Shown: piece after piece, positions 8,054-16,883 of the stretch
Position numbering within the stretch: the first letter of the stretch is position 1
Layout: each line of letters opens with the position of its first letter
Notes under the pieces: model-generated
Told to the model about the DNA's origin: nothing
What the model saw: only the letters and a program-made list of their open reading frames with translations
Databases searched by the model: none
Made by a program: the position numbers and the translations under genes
Assembly (NCBI GenBank): GCA_963663815.1
Contig: OY760734.1
Reading direction: 5' to 3' (one strand)
Source of the DNA: Vicinamibacterales bacterium
GTDB lineage: Bacteria; Acidobacteriota; Vicinamibacteria; Vicinamibacterales; UBA8438
DNA length: 64,000 nucleotides

Positions 8054-8776
8054 CAGCTCCAGCATGTCGAGGTCGTTCAGGTTGTCGCCGACCGCCATGA
8101 TCCCGGCCGGCGGCACGCCGCGGCGCGCCGCCCAGTCGCCGAGGGCGGCGCCCTTCGAGCAGCCCTCGGCGGTGACGTCGAGGAGCGAGAAGTCGCGCTG
8201 CTCGTACTCGGTCAGGGTGACGGTGAGGGTGCGGGCGCTCGGCAGCCCGCGCACGCGGCCGGCCAGCACCCGCATGTCGGCGACCCCGCCGGTGAACGCG
8301 ACCTGCACCGGGTCGTCGTCGAGCGCCCTCTCGAGGGGATCGACCCGCGTCATGTAGACGCGGTTGCGGTCGTAGTACCACCGCCGCTGCGGATGCGACC
8401 AGTCGATCCGCTCGTAGACGTACTGCCGGTCGTCCGGCCGGTCGAAGATGAGGGCGGCCCCCTCGCGGAACGGCCGGGTGTCGGCGACCAGCGATCGGGC
8501 GAGGCCGCGCGGCACGGGGCGGCGGGCGAGGGTCTCCCCCTCCGGTGTCTTGACCAGCGCGCCGTTGTTGACGATGAGGGTCACGGGGGTGCCCAGCCGT
8601 TCCGCGACCGGGCGGGCATGGTGGAACGCGCGGCCGGTGGCCAGCACGACCTCGATGCCGCGCGCGGCCGCGGCCTGCAGGGCGCGCCGGTTCGCGTCCG
8701 GTATGCGGCTCGCGGCGTCGAGCAGGGTGCCGTCGATGTCGACCGCGATGAGCCGAATCGGTGCCGGGTCCGGCAT
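7934..8776 (-). CDS. Cof-type HAD-IIB family hydrolase (sugar-phosphatase like)
   Basis: The C-terminal 280 aa of the 7934..11626 ORF, starting at MPDPAPIRLIAVDIDGTLL (DxDGT motif I). Also ATGR and GDNLNDLDML (motif IV). The start ATG shares one base with the ispG stop. Confidence 0.85.
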   Translation of the reverse strand: MPDPAPIRLIAVDIDGTLLDAASRIPDANRRALQAAAARGIEVVLATGRAFHHARPVAERLGTPVTLIVNNGALVKTPEGETLARRPVPRGLARSLVADTRPFREGAALIFDRPDDRQYVYERIDWSHPQRRWYYDRNRVYMTRVDPLERALDDDPVQVAFTGGVADMRVLAGRVRGLPSARTLTVTLTEYEQRDFSLLDVTAEGCSKGAALGDWAARRGVPPAGIMAVGDNLNDLDMLELAGHPVVMGNAVAELKRCGWPLTGGHDEAGLAQAIRERVL

Positions 8777-10011
8777 CACCCCGCCGGCTTCTCCGTGTAG
8801 CGCCGCGCGACGTAGTCGTCGACGAGCCGGCGGAACGCCTCGGCGAGCTCGTCGTACGAGCCGCGCAGGGTCGTCGCGTGCCGGCCGTCCACGTAGACCG
8901 GGCAGGTGGGCTCCTCGCCGGTGCCGGGCAGGCTGATGCCGATGTTCGCGGCCTTCGACTCGCCGGGGCCGTTGACCACGCAGCCCATCACCGCGACCCG
9001 CATTTCCTCGACCCCCGCGTGGCGGGTCTTCCACACCGGCATCATGTCGCGCACGTACTGCTGAATCCGCTCCGCCAGCTCCTGGAACGTGGTGCTGGTG
9101 GTGCGGCCGCATCCGGGGCAGGCGGTGATGCTCGGGGCGAACGACCGCAGCCCCAGCGACTGCAGCAGCTCGCACGCCGCGTACACCTCCTCGCGCCGGT
9201 CGCCGCCCGGCCGCGGCGTCAGCGAGACCCGGACGGTGTCGCCGATGCCCGCGGCGAGGAGCACCCCCATCGCCGCCGCCGACCAGATCTGCCCCTTCAT
9301 GCCCATGCCCGCCTCGGTCAGGCCGAGGTGCAGGGGCTGGGTGGTCTCGGCCGCGAGGCGGCGGTAGATGGCGATGAGGTCGGGGGGCGACGACACCTTG
9401 CACGAGATCACGATGCGGTCGGGGCCGAGCCCCGCGTCGATGGCCAGCGCCGTCGACTCCACGGCCGAGATCACCATGCAGTCGTTGACGATCTCCTCCG
9501 AGCTGCGGCCGAGCTGCCGGTCGGTGTTCTCCTGCATCCGGGCCATCACCAGGTCCTGGTTCAGGGACCCGCCGTTCACCCCGATGCGCACCGGCTTGCC
9601 GTTGTCCCGGGCAATCCTGCAGATCGTCGCGAAGTGGTCGTCGCGCCGGGCCCCGGTGCCGACGTTGCCGGGGTTGATGCGGTACTTGTCGAGGGCCCGG
9701 GCGCATGCCGGATGCCGCGACAGCAGGAGGTGTCCGTTGTAATGGAAGTCGCCGATGAGCGGCGCCCGGCAGCCGCGGTCGTTCATGCGCTGCCTGATCT
9801 CGGGGACCGCCGCCGCCGCGGCCGGGTTGTTGACGGTCACCCGCACCAGCTCCGAGCCGGCCTCGGCCAGCTCGACGCACTGCGCGGCCGTCGCCGCCGC
9901 GTCGGCGGTGTCGGTGATGGTCATCGACTGCACGACGATGGGGGCGCCGCCGCCGATCTGGACGTCGCCCACGCGGACGCCGGTGGTGCGGTGCAGTCTG
10001 ACGGTGCTCAT
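8776..10011 (-). CDS. ispG: 4-hydroxy-3-methylbut-2-en-1-yl diphosphate synthase (flavodoxin)
   Basis: Start taken at MSTVRLHRTTG.. (ATG 10011). PIVVQSMT, RVTVNN, the ACPGCGRT cluster-binding motif and GCVVNGPGE are present. Confidence 0.92.
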   Translation of the reverse strand: MSTVRLHRTTGVRVGDVQIGGGAPIVVQSMTITDTADAAATAAQCVELAEAGSELVRVTVNNPAAAAAVPEIRQRMNDRGCRAPLIGDFHYNGHLLLSRHPACARALDKYRINPGNVGTGARRDDHFATICRIARDNGKPVRIGVNGGSLNQDLVMARMQENTDRQLGRSSEEIVNDCMVISAVESTALAIDAGLGPDRIVISCKVSSPPDLIAIYRRLAAETTQPLHLGLTEAGMGMKGQIWSAAAMGVLLAAGIGDTVRVSLTPRPGGDRREEVYAACELLQSLGLRSFAPSITACPGCGRTTSTTFQELAERIQQYVRDMMPVWKTRHAGVEEMRVAVMGCVVNGPGESKAANIGISLPGTGEEPTCPVYVDGRHATTLRGSYDELAEAFRRLVDDYVARRYTEKPAG

Positions 10012-10131
10012 GGGGTCGGGCGATGCGGACGCGGAGACAGGTACCCAGAAAGCGTACCACACGCCCGAGCCCGTGGCTTGCCGCCTCCCGGGCGGGTCGC
10101 CGGCCGAGCGGCCGAGGGTCCGAACCGCCGA

Positions 10132-11454
10132 TCAGCGGGCCTCGGCGGTCCGCGGGCGCCGGCGGCGCATTCCCCGAAGGGTGGCGCGCGCGGCTGCCAC
10201 CGCCTCGTCGACGTCGGCGGGGGTGTGGGCGGCCGAGAGGAACCAGCCCTCGAACTGGGAGGGCGGCGGGTAGACGCCGCGCGACAGCATGCCGCGGAAG
10301 AACCGCGCGTAGGCGGCGGTGTCGGCGGCGGTGGCGCTCTCGTAGTCGCTCACCGGCGCCGCCGTGAAGAACGGCGTCAGCACCGAGCCGAGGACGTTCA
10401 CCTGCAGGTCGATCCCGGCTTCCTCCGCCGCGTCGGCGAGGCCGGCCGCGAGGCGGGCTCCCAGCCGGTCCAGGCGCGCGTACAGATTCGGCGACAGCTT
10501 CGACAGGGCCCAGCCGCCGGCGGCCATCGCGAGGGGGTTGCCGGACAGGGTGCCGGCCTGGTACACCGGCCCCGCCGGCGCCACCTGCTCCATCAGGTCG
10601 CGCCGCCCCCCGTAGGCGCCGACCGGCAGCCCCCCGCCGATGATCTTGCCGAGGCAGGTGAGGTCGGGGCGGACCCCGAACCGCTCCTGCGCGCCGCCGG
10701 GGCCGGCGCGGAAGCCCGAGATCACCTCGTCGAAGATCAGGATCGCGCCGTGCTCGTCGCACAGGGCCCGCAGCCCCTCGAGGAACCCGGGCTCGGGGGG
10801 CACGACGCCCATGTTGCCGGCCACGGGCTCCACGATCAGCGCCGCCACCCGATCTCGGTGCCGGCGGAACAGCCGGTCGACCGATCCGAGGTCGTTGTAG
10901 CGCGCGACGAGGGTCTCGGCCGCCACCGCCGGCGATACCCCCGGGCTCGTGGGGACTCCGAGGGTGGTGGCCCCGGACCCCGCCTGCACGAGAAAGGGGT
11001 CGGCATGGCCGTGATAGCACCCCGCGAACTTGATCACCCGGCTCCGCCCCGTTGCGGCCCGCGCGAGCCGCAGCGCGCTCATCGCCGCCTCGGTGCCCGA
11101 GTTCACGAACCGCACCCGCTCGAGCGACGGCATGAGCTCCCGCACCGCCGTCCCCAGCTCCACCTCCGCCGCCGTCGGGGCGCCGAAGCTCGTGCCCTGC
11201 TTCGCGGCCGCGGCCAGCACCCGGGTCAGCCCGGCCGGGGCGTGCCCGTGGATGAGGGGCCCCCACGACATGACGAAGTCGACGTAGGAACGGCCGTCCT
11301 CGTCCTCGATGCGGGCGCCGCTCGCCCGCCGGATGAACGGCGGCGTGCCCCCGACGGCGGAGAAGGCGCGCACGGGGCTGTCGACCCCGCCCGGCAGAAT
11401 CCGCTTGGCGCGGGCGAACAGGCGGGCGGACTGCTTGCGGCCGGCGGTGTTCAT
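10132..11454 (-). CDS. hemL: Glutamate-1-semialdehyde 2,1-aminomutase
   Basis: Start at MNTAGRKQSARLFARAKRILPGGVDSPVRAF (ATG 11454). The aminotransferase class-III pattern continues through FDEVISGFR and LGKIIGGGLPVGAYGG. Confidence 0.92.
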   Translation of the reverse strand: MNTAGRKQSARLFARAKRILPGGVDSPVRAFSAVGGTPPFIRRASGARIEDEDGRSYVDFVMSWGPLIHGHAPAGLTRVLAAAAKQGTSFGAPTAAEVELGTAVRELMPSLERVRFVNSGTEAAMSALRLARAATGRSRVIKFAGCYHGHADPFLVQAGSGATTLGVPTSPGVSPAVAAETLVARYNDLGSVDRLFRRHRDRVAALIVEPVAGNMGVVPPEPGFLEGLRALCDEHGAILIFDEVISGFRAGPGGAQERFGVRPDLTCLGKIIGGGLPVGAYGGRRDLMEQVAPAGPVYQAGTLSGNPLAMAAGGWALSKLSPNLYARLDRLGARLAAGLADAAEEAGIDLQVNVLGSVLTPFFTAAPVSDYESATAADTAAYARFFRGMLSRGVYPPPSQFEGWFLSAAHTPADVDEAVAAARATLRGMRRRRPRTAEAR

Positions 11455-11504
11455 TATGGCGGGGAACGATATCACGGGGCGGCCGGCCGCTTCGCAGCCG
11501 CGGC

Positions 11505-11650
11505 AGGGTCCCGCGGCAGGCGACCGGCGACGCATCCCGCCTGACGGTGCCGTTTCTCGGTCCCCTGTGCCCGGCAAGTTCCTCGTCACGCCTTGTCACG
11601 CAAGCGCCTTGCCGGTCTCGGTGCAACGCCCGGGTTTCGCCACGAGCGGC
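11505..11650 (-). repeat. Family-2 rod-like element, degenerate third copy
   Basis: GACGCATCCCGCCTGAC and CCTCGTCACGCCTTGTCAC..GCC...CTCGGTGCAACGC...TT.CGCCACGAGC align with 43088-43247 and 62212-62456. The AT-rich central part is replaced. The ends are approximate. Confidence 0.5.
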
Positions 11651-11808
11651 GCGGGTTGATCGGTCGGATGCGGAATGCCAGAATGTCGTGTTCGGATCTG
11701 GAACCTGCGCCGCGGCACGGTGCAGACGGCGGTGAGATCGCCTGGGCGGAACCGGCGTCGCAGGCGGCGATTTTCAGGGCCGGGGAGGCTCTCGACGGGA
11801 GACGACCG

Positions 11809-12282
11809 ATGAACAGGTGCTTGACCGTGTGTTGTTCGGGGGCGGTATTGGCGTTCGTTTCGATGGGCGGCGCGCCGGTCGAGACCGCGTCGGGCGTGGG
11901 CGCGGCGTTCCCCGCGGCGATGCAGGAGACCACCAGCTCGACCCTCGACGGCGTGTTCACGTCCGCCCAGGCGCGCCGGGGGCGGCGCGTCTACAACCAG
12001 AACTGCGCGTCCTGCCACGGGCAGGGTCTGCGGGGCGGCGAGATGGCGCCGAGCGTCGCCGGCAGCGACTTCATCGTCTTCTGGACCGAGATACCGGTGG
12101 GGGTCCTGTTCGAGCGCATCAAGGTGACGATGCCCGAGGACGGGCCGGGTCGGCTGTCGGACGAGGAGTACACCGACGTCGTGGCCTTCATGCTCGACCG
12201 GAACGACTATCCGTCCGGCGACACGGAGATGCCCGCCGACAAGGCGGAGATGGACAAGATCATGATCGTCGCGGCCGAGTGA
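11809..12282 (+). CDS. Small c-type cytochrome (single heme)
   Basis: ATG 11809 behind GGGAGA. Hydrophobic N-terminus MNRCLTVCCSGAVLAFVSMGG and one CxxCH motif (CASCHG). Confidence 0.75.
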   Translation: MNRCLTVCCSGAVLAFVSMGGAPVETASGVGAAFPAAMQETTSSTLDGVFTSAQARRGRRVYNQNCASCHGQGLRGGEMAPSVAGSDFIVFWTEIPVGVLFERIKVTMPEDGPGRLSDEEYTDVVAFMLDRNDYPSGDTEMPADKAEMDKIMIVAAE

Positions 12283-12411
12283 CGTCGCAGGGCGGCGCGA
12301 GCCGCCGGCCGAGGGGGGGCGCCGTGCGTTCCCCAGCCGGGGCCGGCTCCCTCCCACCGTGGTCCGCTGCCTCCGCCGGCGCCTCCCTGCGCCGGCGAGC
12401 CGACGCGCCGC

Positions 12412-13458
12412 CTACCCTTCCCGCCCCGCCAGCGCGCGCGCGGCCTCGCGGGCGTAGTAGGTGATGACGATGTCGGCGCCGGCCCGGCGGATGGCGGTCA
12501 GGGTCTCCAGCATGACCCGCTCCTCGTCCAGCCAGCCCAGCCGCGCCGCCGCCTTGGCCATCGCGTACTCGCCGCTGACCTGGTAGGCGGCGGTCGGGCG
12601 CTCGAACCGGGTCTTCACGCGGTGAATCACGTCCAGGTACGGCATCGCCGGCTTGACCATGACGATGTCCGCGCCCTCGTCGAGGTCGAGGGCCACCTCG
12701 CGGAGGGCCTCGTCGGTGTTGGCGGGGTCCATCTGGTGGGTCCGGCGGTCGCCGAACGCGGGGGTGGAGTCGGCGGCGTCCCGGAACGGGCCGTAGAAGG
12801 CGGAGCAGTACTTCGCCGCGTAGGACATGATGGTCACGTCCTCGAAGCCCCGGGCGTCGAGGCCCCGCCGGATGGCCCCGACCCGCCCGTCCAACATGTC
12901 CGAGGGCGCGACGACGTGGGCGCCGGCGTCGGCGTGCGACACCGCCGCCTCCACGAGACGGTCGACGGAGACGTCGTTGAGAATCGTCTCGCCGTCGAGG
13001 ATGCCGCAGTGGCCGTGCGACGTGTACTCGCACAGGCAGACGTCGGTGACGATCGCGACGTCGTCGAGCCGGCCGCGCATGGCGCGGACCGCGGTCTGGA
13101 CCGGAGCCGCGGGGTCGGCGGCGGCGGTGCCCCGCTCGTCCTTGCCGGCGGGCAGCCCGAACAGCAGCACCGCCCGCACCCCGTCGGCCCGGGCGGCGGC
13201 CGCCTCGTCGACCGCCTCGTCGACGGACAGCTGAAAGACCCCCGGCATCGACGGCACCTCGCGCCGCACCCCGGCGCCCTCGCAGACGAACAAGGGATAC
13301 ACGAGCATGTCGGCCGACAGCCGGGTCTCGCGCACGAGGCCGCGGATGGCGTCGGTGCGGCGCAGCCGGCGGGGGCGGTGAAGCGGTCCGGCGGCGCCCC
13401 CGCGGGCCGGCGCGTCGGCGGCGGGAGCGTCGGCGACACGAGTGTCGGTGGTCGTCAT
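12412..13458 (-). CDS. hemB: Porphobilinogen synthase (delta-aminolevulinate dehydratase)
   Basis: 348 aa: RPRRLRR...R.LV.ET.L....L.YPLFV, VAPSDMLDGRV, active-site region MVKPA.PYLD, and YQVSGEYAM. Confidence 0.92.
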   Translation of the reverse strand: MTTTDTRVADAPAADAPARGGAAGPLHRPRRLRRTDAIRGLVRETRLSADMLVYPLFVCEGAGVRREVPSMPGVFQLSVDEAVDEAAAARADGVRAVLLFGLPAGKDERGTAAADPAAPVQTAVRAMRGRLDDVAIVTDVCLCEYTSHGHCGILDGETILNDVSVDRLVEAAVSHADAGAHVVAPSDMLDGRVGAIRRGLDARGFEDVTIMSYAAKYCSAFYGPFRDAADSTPAFGDRRTHQMDPANTDEALREVALDLDEGADIVMVKPAMPYLDVIHRVKTRFERPTAAYQVSGEYAMAKAAARLGWLDEERVMLETLTAIRRAGADIVITYYAREAARALAGREG

Positions 13459-13511
13459 CGGGCTTCCTCCTCGCCCGTTCCGATGAGGCGCGGGGTTCGG
13501 CCACGGGGGGC

Positions 13512-13698
13512 GAGCCGCTCGGATCGCCTCGATCCGCGCCGGGATTGCCGTCAGGCGCGCTCCTTGCCGTTCCGGCGGTCGCGCAGCCGCTCGACAATCG
13601 CCTCGATCCGCGCCGGGATTGCCGTCAGGCGCGCTCCTTGCCGTTCCGGCGGTCGCGCAGCCGCTCGACGATCGCCTCGAGCAGCGCCGGCACCGTCG
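13512..13698. repeat. 74-bp tandem repeat (about 2.5 units) built from the 3' end of hemD
   Basis: TCAGGCGCGCTCCTTGCCGTTCCGGCGGTCGCGCAGCCGCTCGAC(A/G)ATCGCCTCGA... occurs at 13551 and 13625, with a partial unit at 13512-13550. The unit contains the last ~15 codons and the stop of hemD. Confidence 0.9.
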
Positions 13699-14530
13699 AC
13701 TCGGCCGGCATGATGGTGGTGGCGATGCCCAGCCGGCCCGCGGTCTCGGCGGTCACCGGGCCGATGCACGCGACCTCGATCGGCCGCAGCAGGTCCGCCG
13801 CCTGCTCTCCGCCGATCGCCCGCGCGAAGTTCTGTACGCTGGACCCGCTCGTGAACGTGACCACGTCGACCCCGCGCTCGCGCAGCATCCCTCGGATGTC
13901 CGGGCCCTCGCGGTCGAGGTCGGCCGGCACCGTCCGATAGGCCGTGACCGCGGTCACCGTCGCCCCGGCCCGCCCGAGCTCCGTCGCCAGCAGGTCGCGG
14001 GCCAGGTCCCCGCGGGGCAGGAGCACCCGGGCCCCCGTCAGATCGCCCCGCCCACGCAGCGCCGCGAGGACGCCCTCGGCCCGGTACTCGCCCGGCACCA
14101 GGTCCACCCGCAACCCGTGGCCGGTCAGGGCCTCGGCGGTGGCCGCCCCGACCGCGCAGAGACGCACGCCTTCGAGGCCGCGGACGCCGCCGGCGCCCTC
14201 CTGCAGGTGCTTCACGAGGCGGGCCACCGCGTTGACGCTCGTGAACACGACCCAGTCGAACGTCCCGATCCGGGCGCACGCGGCGTCGAGGGGGCCCGGG
14301 TCGTCGGGGGGCGCGATCGCGATGGTCGGCACCTCGATGGCCTCGGCCCCCAAGCCCTCGAGCCGGGCCACCATCCCCACCGCCTGGGCCTTCGCGCGCG
14401 TCACGACCACCCGCACTCCGGCGAGGGGAAGGGTTGCGGACCCCGTGCGAGCCCGGATCACTGCTTCGTCTTCTCCCGCGTGCGACGCGTCTCGACAATC
14501 TCCGGCTGCCGCCGGATGCCATCCTAGCAT
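13625..14530 (-). CDS. hemD: Uroporphyrinogen-III synthase
   Basis: C-terminal part of the 13625..16015 ORF: LAGVRVVVTRA...LE.LGAE.IE.PTI....D.VVFTS.NAV...LP....L...L...GA.V..V.AY. Start at ATG 14530, or GTG 14461 as an alternative. Confidence 0.8.
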   Translation of the reverse strand: MLGWHPAAAGDCRDASHAGEDEAVIRARTGSATLPLAGVRVVVTRAKAQAVGMVARLEGLGAEAIEVPTIAIAPPDDPGPLDAACARIGTFDWVVFTSVNAVARLVKHLQEGAGGVRGLEGVRLCAVGAATAEALTGHGLRVDLVPGEYRAEGVLAALRGRGDLTGARVLLPRGDLARDLLATELGRAGATVTAVTAYRTVPADLDREGPDIRGMLRERGVDVVTFTSGSSVQNFARAIGGEQAADLLRPIEVACIGPVTAETAGRLGIATTIMPAESTVPALLEAIVERLRDRRNGKERA

Positions 14531-14668
14531 CGATTCCGGGTAGAGTAATGGGAGTCTGCGGTGAGACGGTGGGGGGCCTTTGCCGCCGCTTGCCCGGTGC
14601 GTCCGGCTGAGCGGAGGTGGGAATCGCCGGGCAGCGCTACCCCCGAACGAGGTCCGGGCGTACCGACC

Positions 14669-15658
14669 ATGAACACGATATCGCTGGCCGACGTGGCCCG
14701 CTCCCTCGACAAGATGCTGGACGGTCAGATGACCGCGCAGGCGCGCATCGCCGCGCACCTGGTCGCGGCCGAAGAGGCGGCCGGGCACGCCGCGCCGCGG
14801 ATCATCGAGACCCTCGACGCCGTCGCCGCGGACACCGTGCTCGACGAGGTGTGGATCAGCGACCAGCGCGGCGTCGTCTACCTCACCAACGTTCGGGACG
14901 AGGCCGGGGCGCCGATGCCCTTCGAGTTCTGTCCCGATCCCGCCATTCAGCCCCAGGCCTCCGCGTTCCACGCCCTGCTGGCCGCTTCGGTCGACAGCGA
15001 CGCCGTCGTCGCGCAGGCGGCGCAGGTGCGGGAGATCGACCACGAGGTCTACAAGTACGTGGGGGTTGGCGGCGTCGACCGGCGTCGCATCGTGCAGGTG
15101 GGCAACGCGCTCGCCTTCGAGGAGCAGGCGCCGAGCGACGCCTACACGTCGCCGGTCATGACCGCGGTGCTCGCCGCGTTCGGCGAGCCCGAGCTGCTGA
15201 GCAGCTCGCGCACCGACCGCCTCGCCGAGATCCGGGCCGTCTTCGAGGCCATTCTCGGCCGGCAGATGGTGGTGCAGGCCGCTCTCGTGGATGCCTTCGT
15301 CGCGGGGGCCGAGGCGGCGGGGTGGCCGGCGGAGGAGATCGGCGGCAGGCTGCGGCGCATCGTGCGCTCGAGCCCCACCGGCGAGATCGACGTGGCGGCG
15401 GCGGACGGCGAGACGGTGTACGCGAGCGGCTCGGCCGCACCCGCCGGCGACGCGTCGGACGACCGCGCTGCCGGGCCGCCGGCGGACGAGGCTCGGCGGG
15501 TGTCGGAGCATCCCATCGCGCCGCGCCCGTCCGACGGCGCCCTCTACAAGTACGTCACGGCGGCGACCCCGCGGTCGGACCGGGTCGTGCGGGTGGGGCT
15601 GCCGATCGACGATGGCTCCCCGGTCTCTCCACGGTTCAGGGTGGCCGCCGCGGGTTGA
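14669..15658 (+). CDS. Hypothetical cytoplasmic protein with an internal two-fold repeat
   Basis: ATG 14669 inside the 14561..15658 ORF. GC3-rich codon usage. The two halves align (LDGQMTAQARI..AAEEAAG...EVWISDQRGVVY...EVYKYVGVGGVDRRRIVQVG versus ILGRQMVVQAAL..AGAEAAG...EIDVAAADGETVY...ALYKYVTAATPRSDRVVRVG). No TM segment, signal peptide or family motif that I recognise. Confidence 0.65.
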   Translation: MNTISLADVARSLDKMLDGQMTAQARIAAHLVAAEEAAGHAAPRIIETLDAVAADTVLDEVWISDQRGVVYLTNVRDEAGAPMPFEFCPDPAIQPQASAFHALLAASVDSDAVVAQAAQVREIDHEVYKYVGVGGVDRRRIVQVGNALAFEEQAPSDAYTSPVMTAVLAAFGEPELLSSSRTDRLAEIRAVFEAILGRQMVVQAALVDAFVAGAEAAGWPAEEIGGRLRRIVRSSPTGEIDVAAADGETVYASGSAAPAGDASDDRAAGPPADEARRVSEHPIAPRPSDGALYKYVTAATPRSDRVVRVGLPIDDGSPVSPRFRVAAAG

Positions 15659-15698
15659 TGGCCCGCTCCGCGCCTGCGCGGTCAAGGCATCGTCGGCG

Positions 15699-15786
15699 CT
15701 GGCCCGCCCATCGTCGCCTTCGGCTCCGCTGGGCGCCCAACCAACCCTGCCAGGAGTCTGCACCGTTCTACGGCGCAGACTCCTAG
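15699..15786 (-). repeat. Family-1 88-bp 'CTAG' repeat, copy 2
   Basis: Near-identical to 19184-19271 and 34665-34752. The outer CTAG is mutated to CTGG. It lies downstream of hemC in the sense orientation. Confidence 0.9.
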
Positions 15787-15893
15787 CCCGCATCGTTGGG
15801 CCACGGGGCGAAGTCGCGCAACCGAGAGACTCCCGCCGGCGGCCGATCGGATCCGGGGGCGTCGCCGGTGTCCCGGATGGGGCGGGAGCACCG

Positions 15894-16883
15894 TCACCCG
15901 GCGTTCGGGACCTCGCCGTGCCCGGCCGCGGCGCGTTGCGCGGCCTCCAGAATGGGGCCGGCGCCGTCCGCGAGCAGCCCGTGGGCGACGGCGGCGCCCA
16001 GCGCCTGCGCCGCATCGGCAGGCATCGCGGCCTCGCGGCAGAGGCGTTGCGCCCCGTCGAGGGAGGCCACCATCGCCCGCAGGCGCAGGCGGTCGCCGCC
16101 GTGCTCGGCGAGGGCGCCGACGGGCACCTGGCACCCGCCGCCGAGGGCCGCGACGACGGCGCGCTCGGCCGTGAACGCGGCGCGGGTCGGCGGGTCGTCG
16201 ATGGCCGCGAGGGCGTCGCCGGTGTCCGCGTCGCCGGCGCGGGTCTCGACGGCGACGATGCCCTGCCCGGGGGCGGGCAGGCAGACGTCCGAGTCGATCG
16301 GCATCGAGATGCGGTGGGCGAGGCCCAGCCGCTCCAGCCCCGCCGCCGCGAGCACGAGCAGGTCGTAGGCGCCCGCGTCCAGCTTGCGGAGACGGGTGCC
16401 GACGTTGCCGCGCACGAGCCGGAACTCCGCGCGGGGCCACGCCCGCCGCAGCTGCGCCACCCGTCGCACGCTCCCGCTGCCCACGCGGGGGGCGGGGCCG
16501 CCCTCGCCCCCGCCGTTCCCGCCCGCCGTCAGAGCCGCCGGCAGATGTTCCGATCCCGCCGGCAGCACGACCGCGTCCCGCGGGTCCGCCCGGGGCAGGA
16601 CCGCGGCGATCGCGAGCCCGTCCGGCAGCTCCGCCGGCATGTCCTTGGCGCTGTGCACGGCGAGGTCGACGTCGCCGCGGGCGAGCGCCTGCTCGATCTC
16701 CTTGACGAAGACCCGCTTGCCCCCGACCTTCGACAGGTTGGCCTCGCGCAGCCGGTCGCCGGTGGTGGCGATGACCACCAGCTCGCACTCGCGCCCGCTT
16801 CGGCCGCGCACCCGGGCCGCCACCGCCTTGGCCTGCCAGAGGGCGAGCTCGCTCCCGCGGGTGCCGAGCCTCAGCCGGTTCAC
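15894..16883 (-). CDS. hemC: Hydroxymethylbilane synthase (porphobilinogen deaminase)
   Basis: The last 329 aa of the 15894..20387 ORF. GTG start (VNRLRLGTRGSELALWQA) overlaps the hemA stop as GTGA. KGGKRVFVKEIE, DLAVHSAKD and PAPGQG are present. Confidence 0.9.
   Translation of the reverse strand: MNRLRLGTRGSELALWQAKAVAARVRGRSGRECELVVIATTGDRLREANLSKVGGKRVFVKEIEQALARGDVDLAVHSAKDMPAELPDGLAIAAVLPRADPRDAVVLPAGSEHLPAALTAGGNGGGEGGPAPRVGSGSVRRVAQLRRAWPRAEFRLVRGNVGTRLRKLDAGAYDLLVLAAAGLERLGLAHRISMPIDSDVCLPAPGQGIVAVETRAGDADTGDALAAIDDPPTRAAFTAERAVVAALGGGCQVPVGALAEHGGDRLRLRAMVASLDGAQRLCREAAMPADAAQALGAAVAHGLLADGAGPILEAAQRAAAGHGEVPNAG

Noticed and set aside
7934-11626. A 1230-aa ORF on the minus strand.
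   Set aside because: Only its last 280 aa (the HAD hydrolase) look like protein. The rest is Arg/Pro/Gly-rich read-through in a wrong frame across ispG and hemL, which are clearly encoded in other minus-strand frames.
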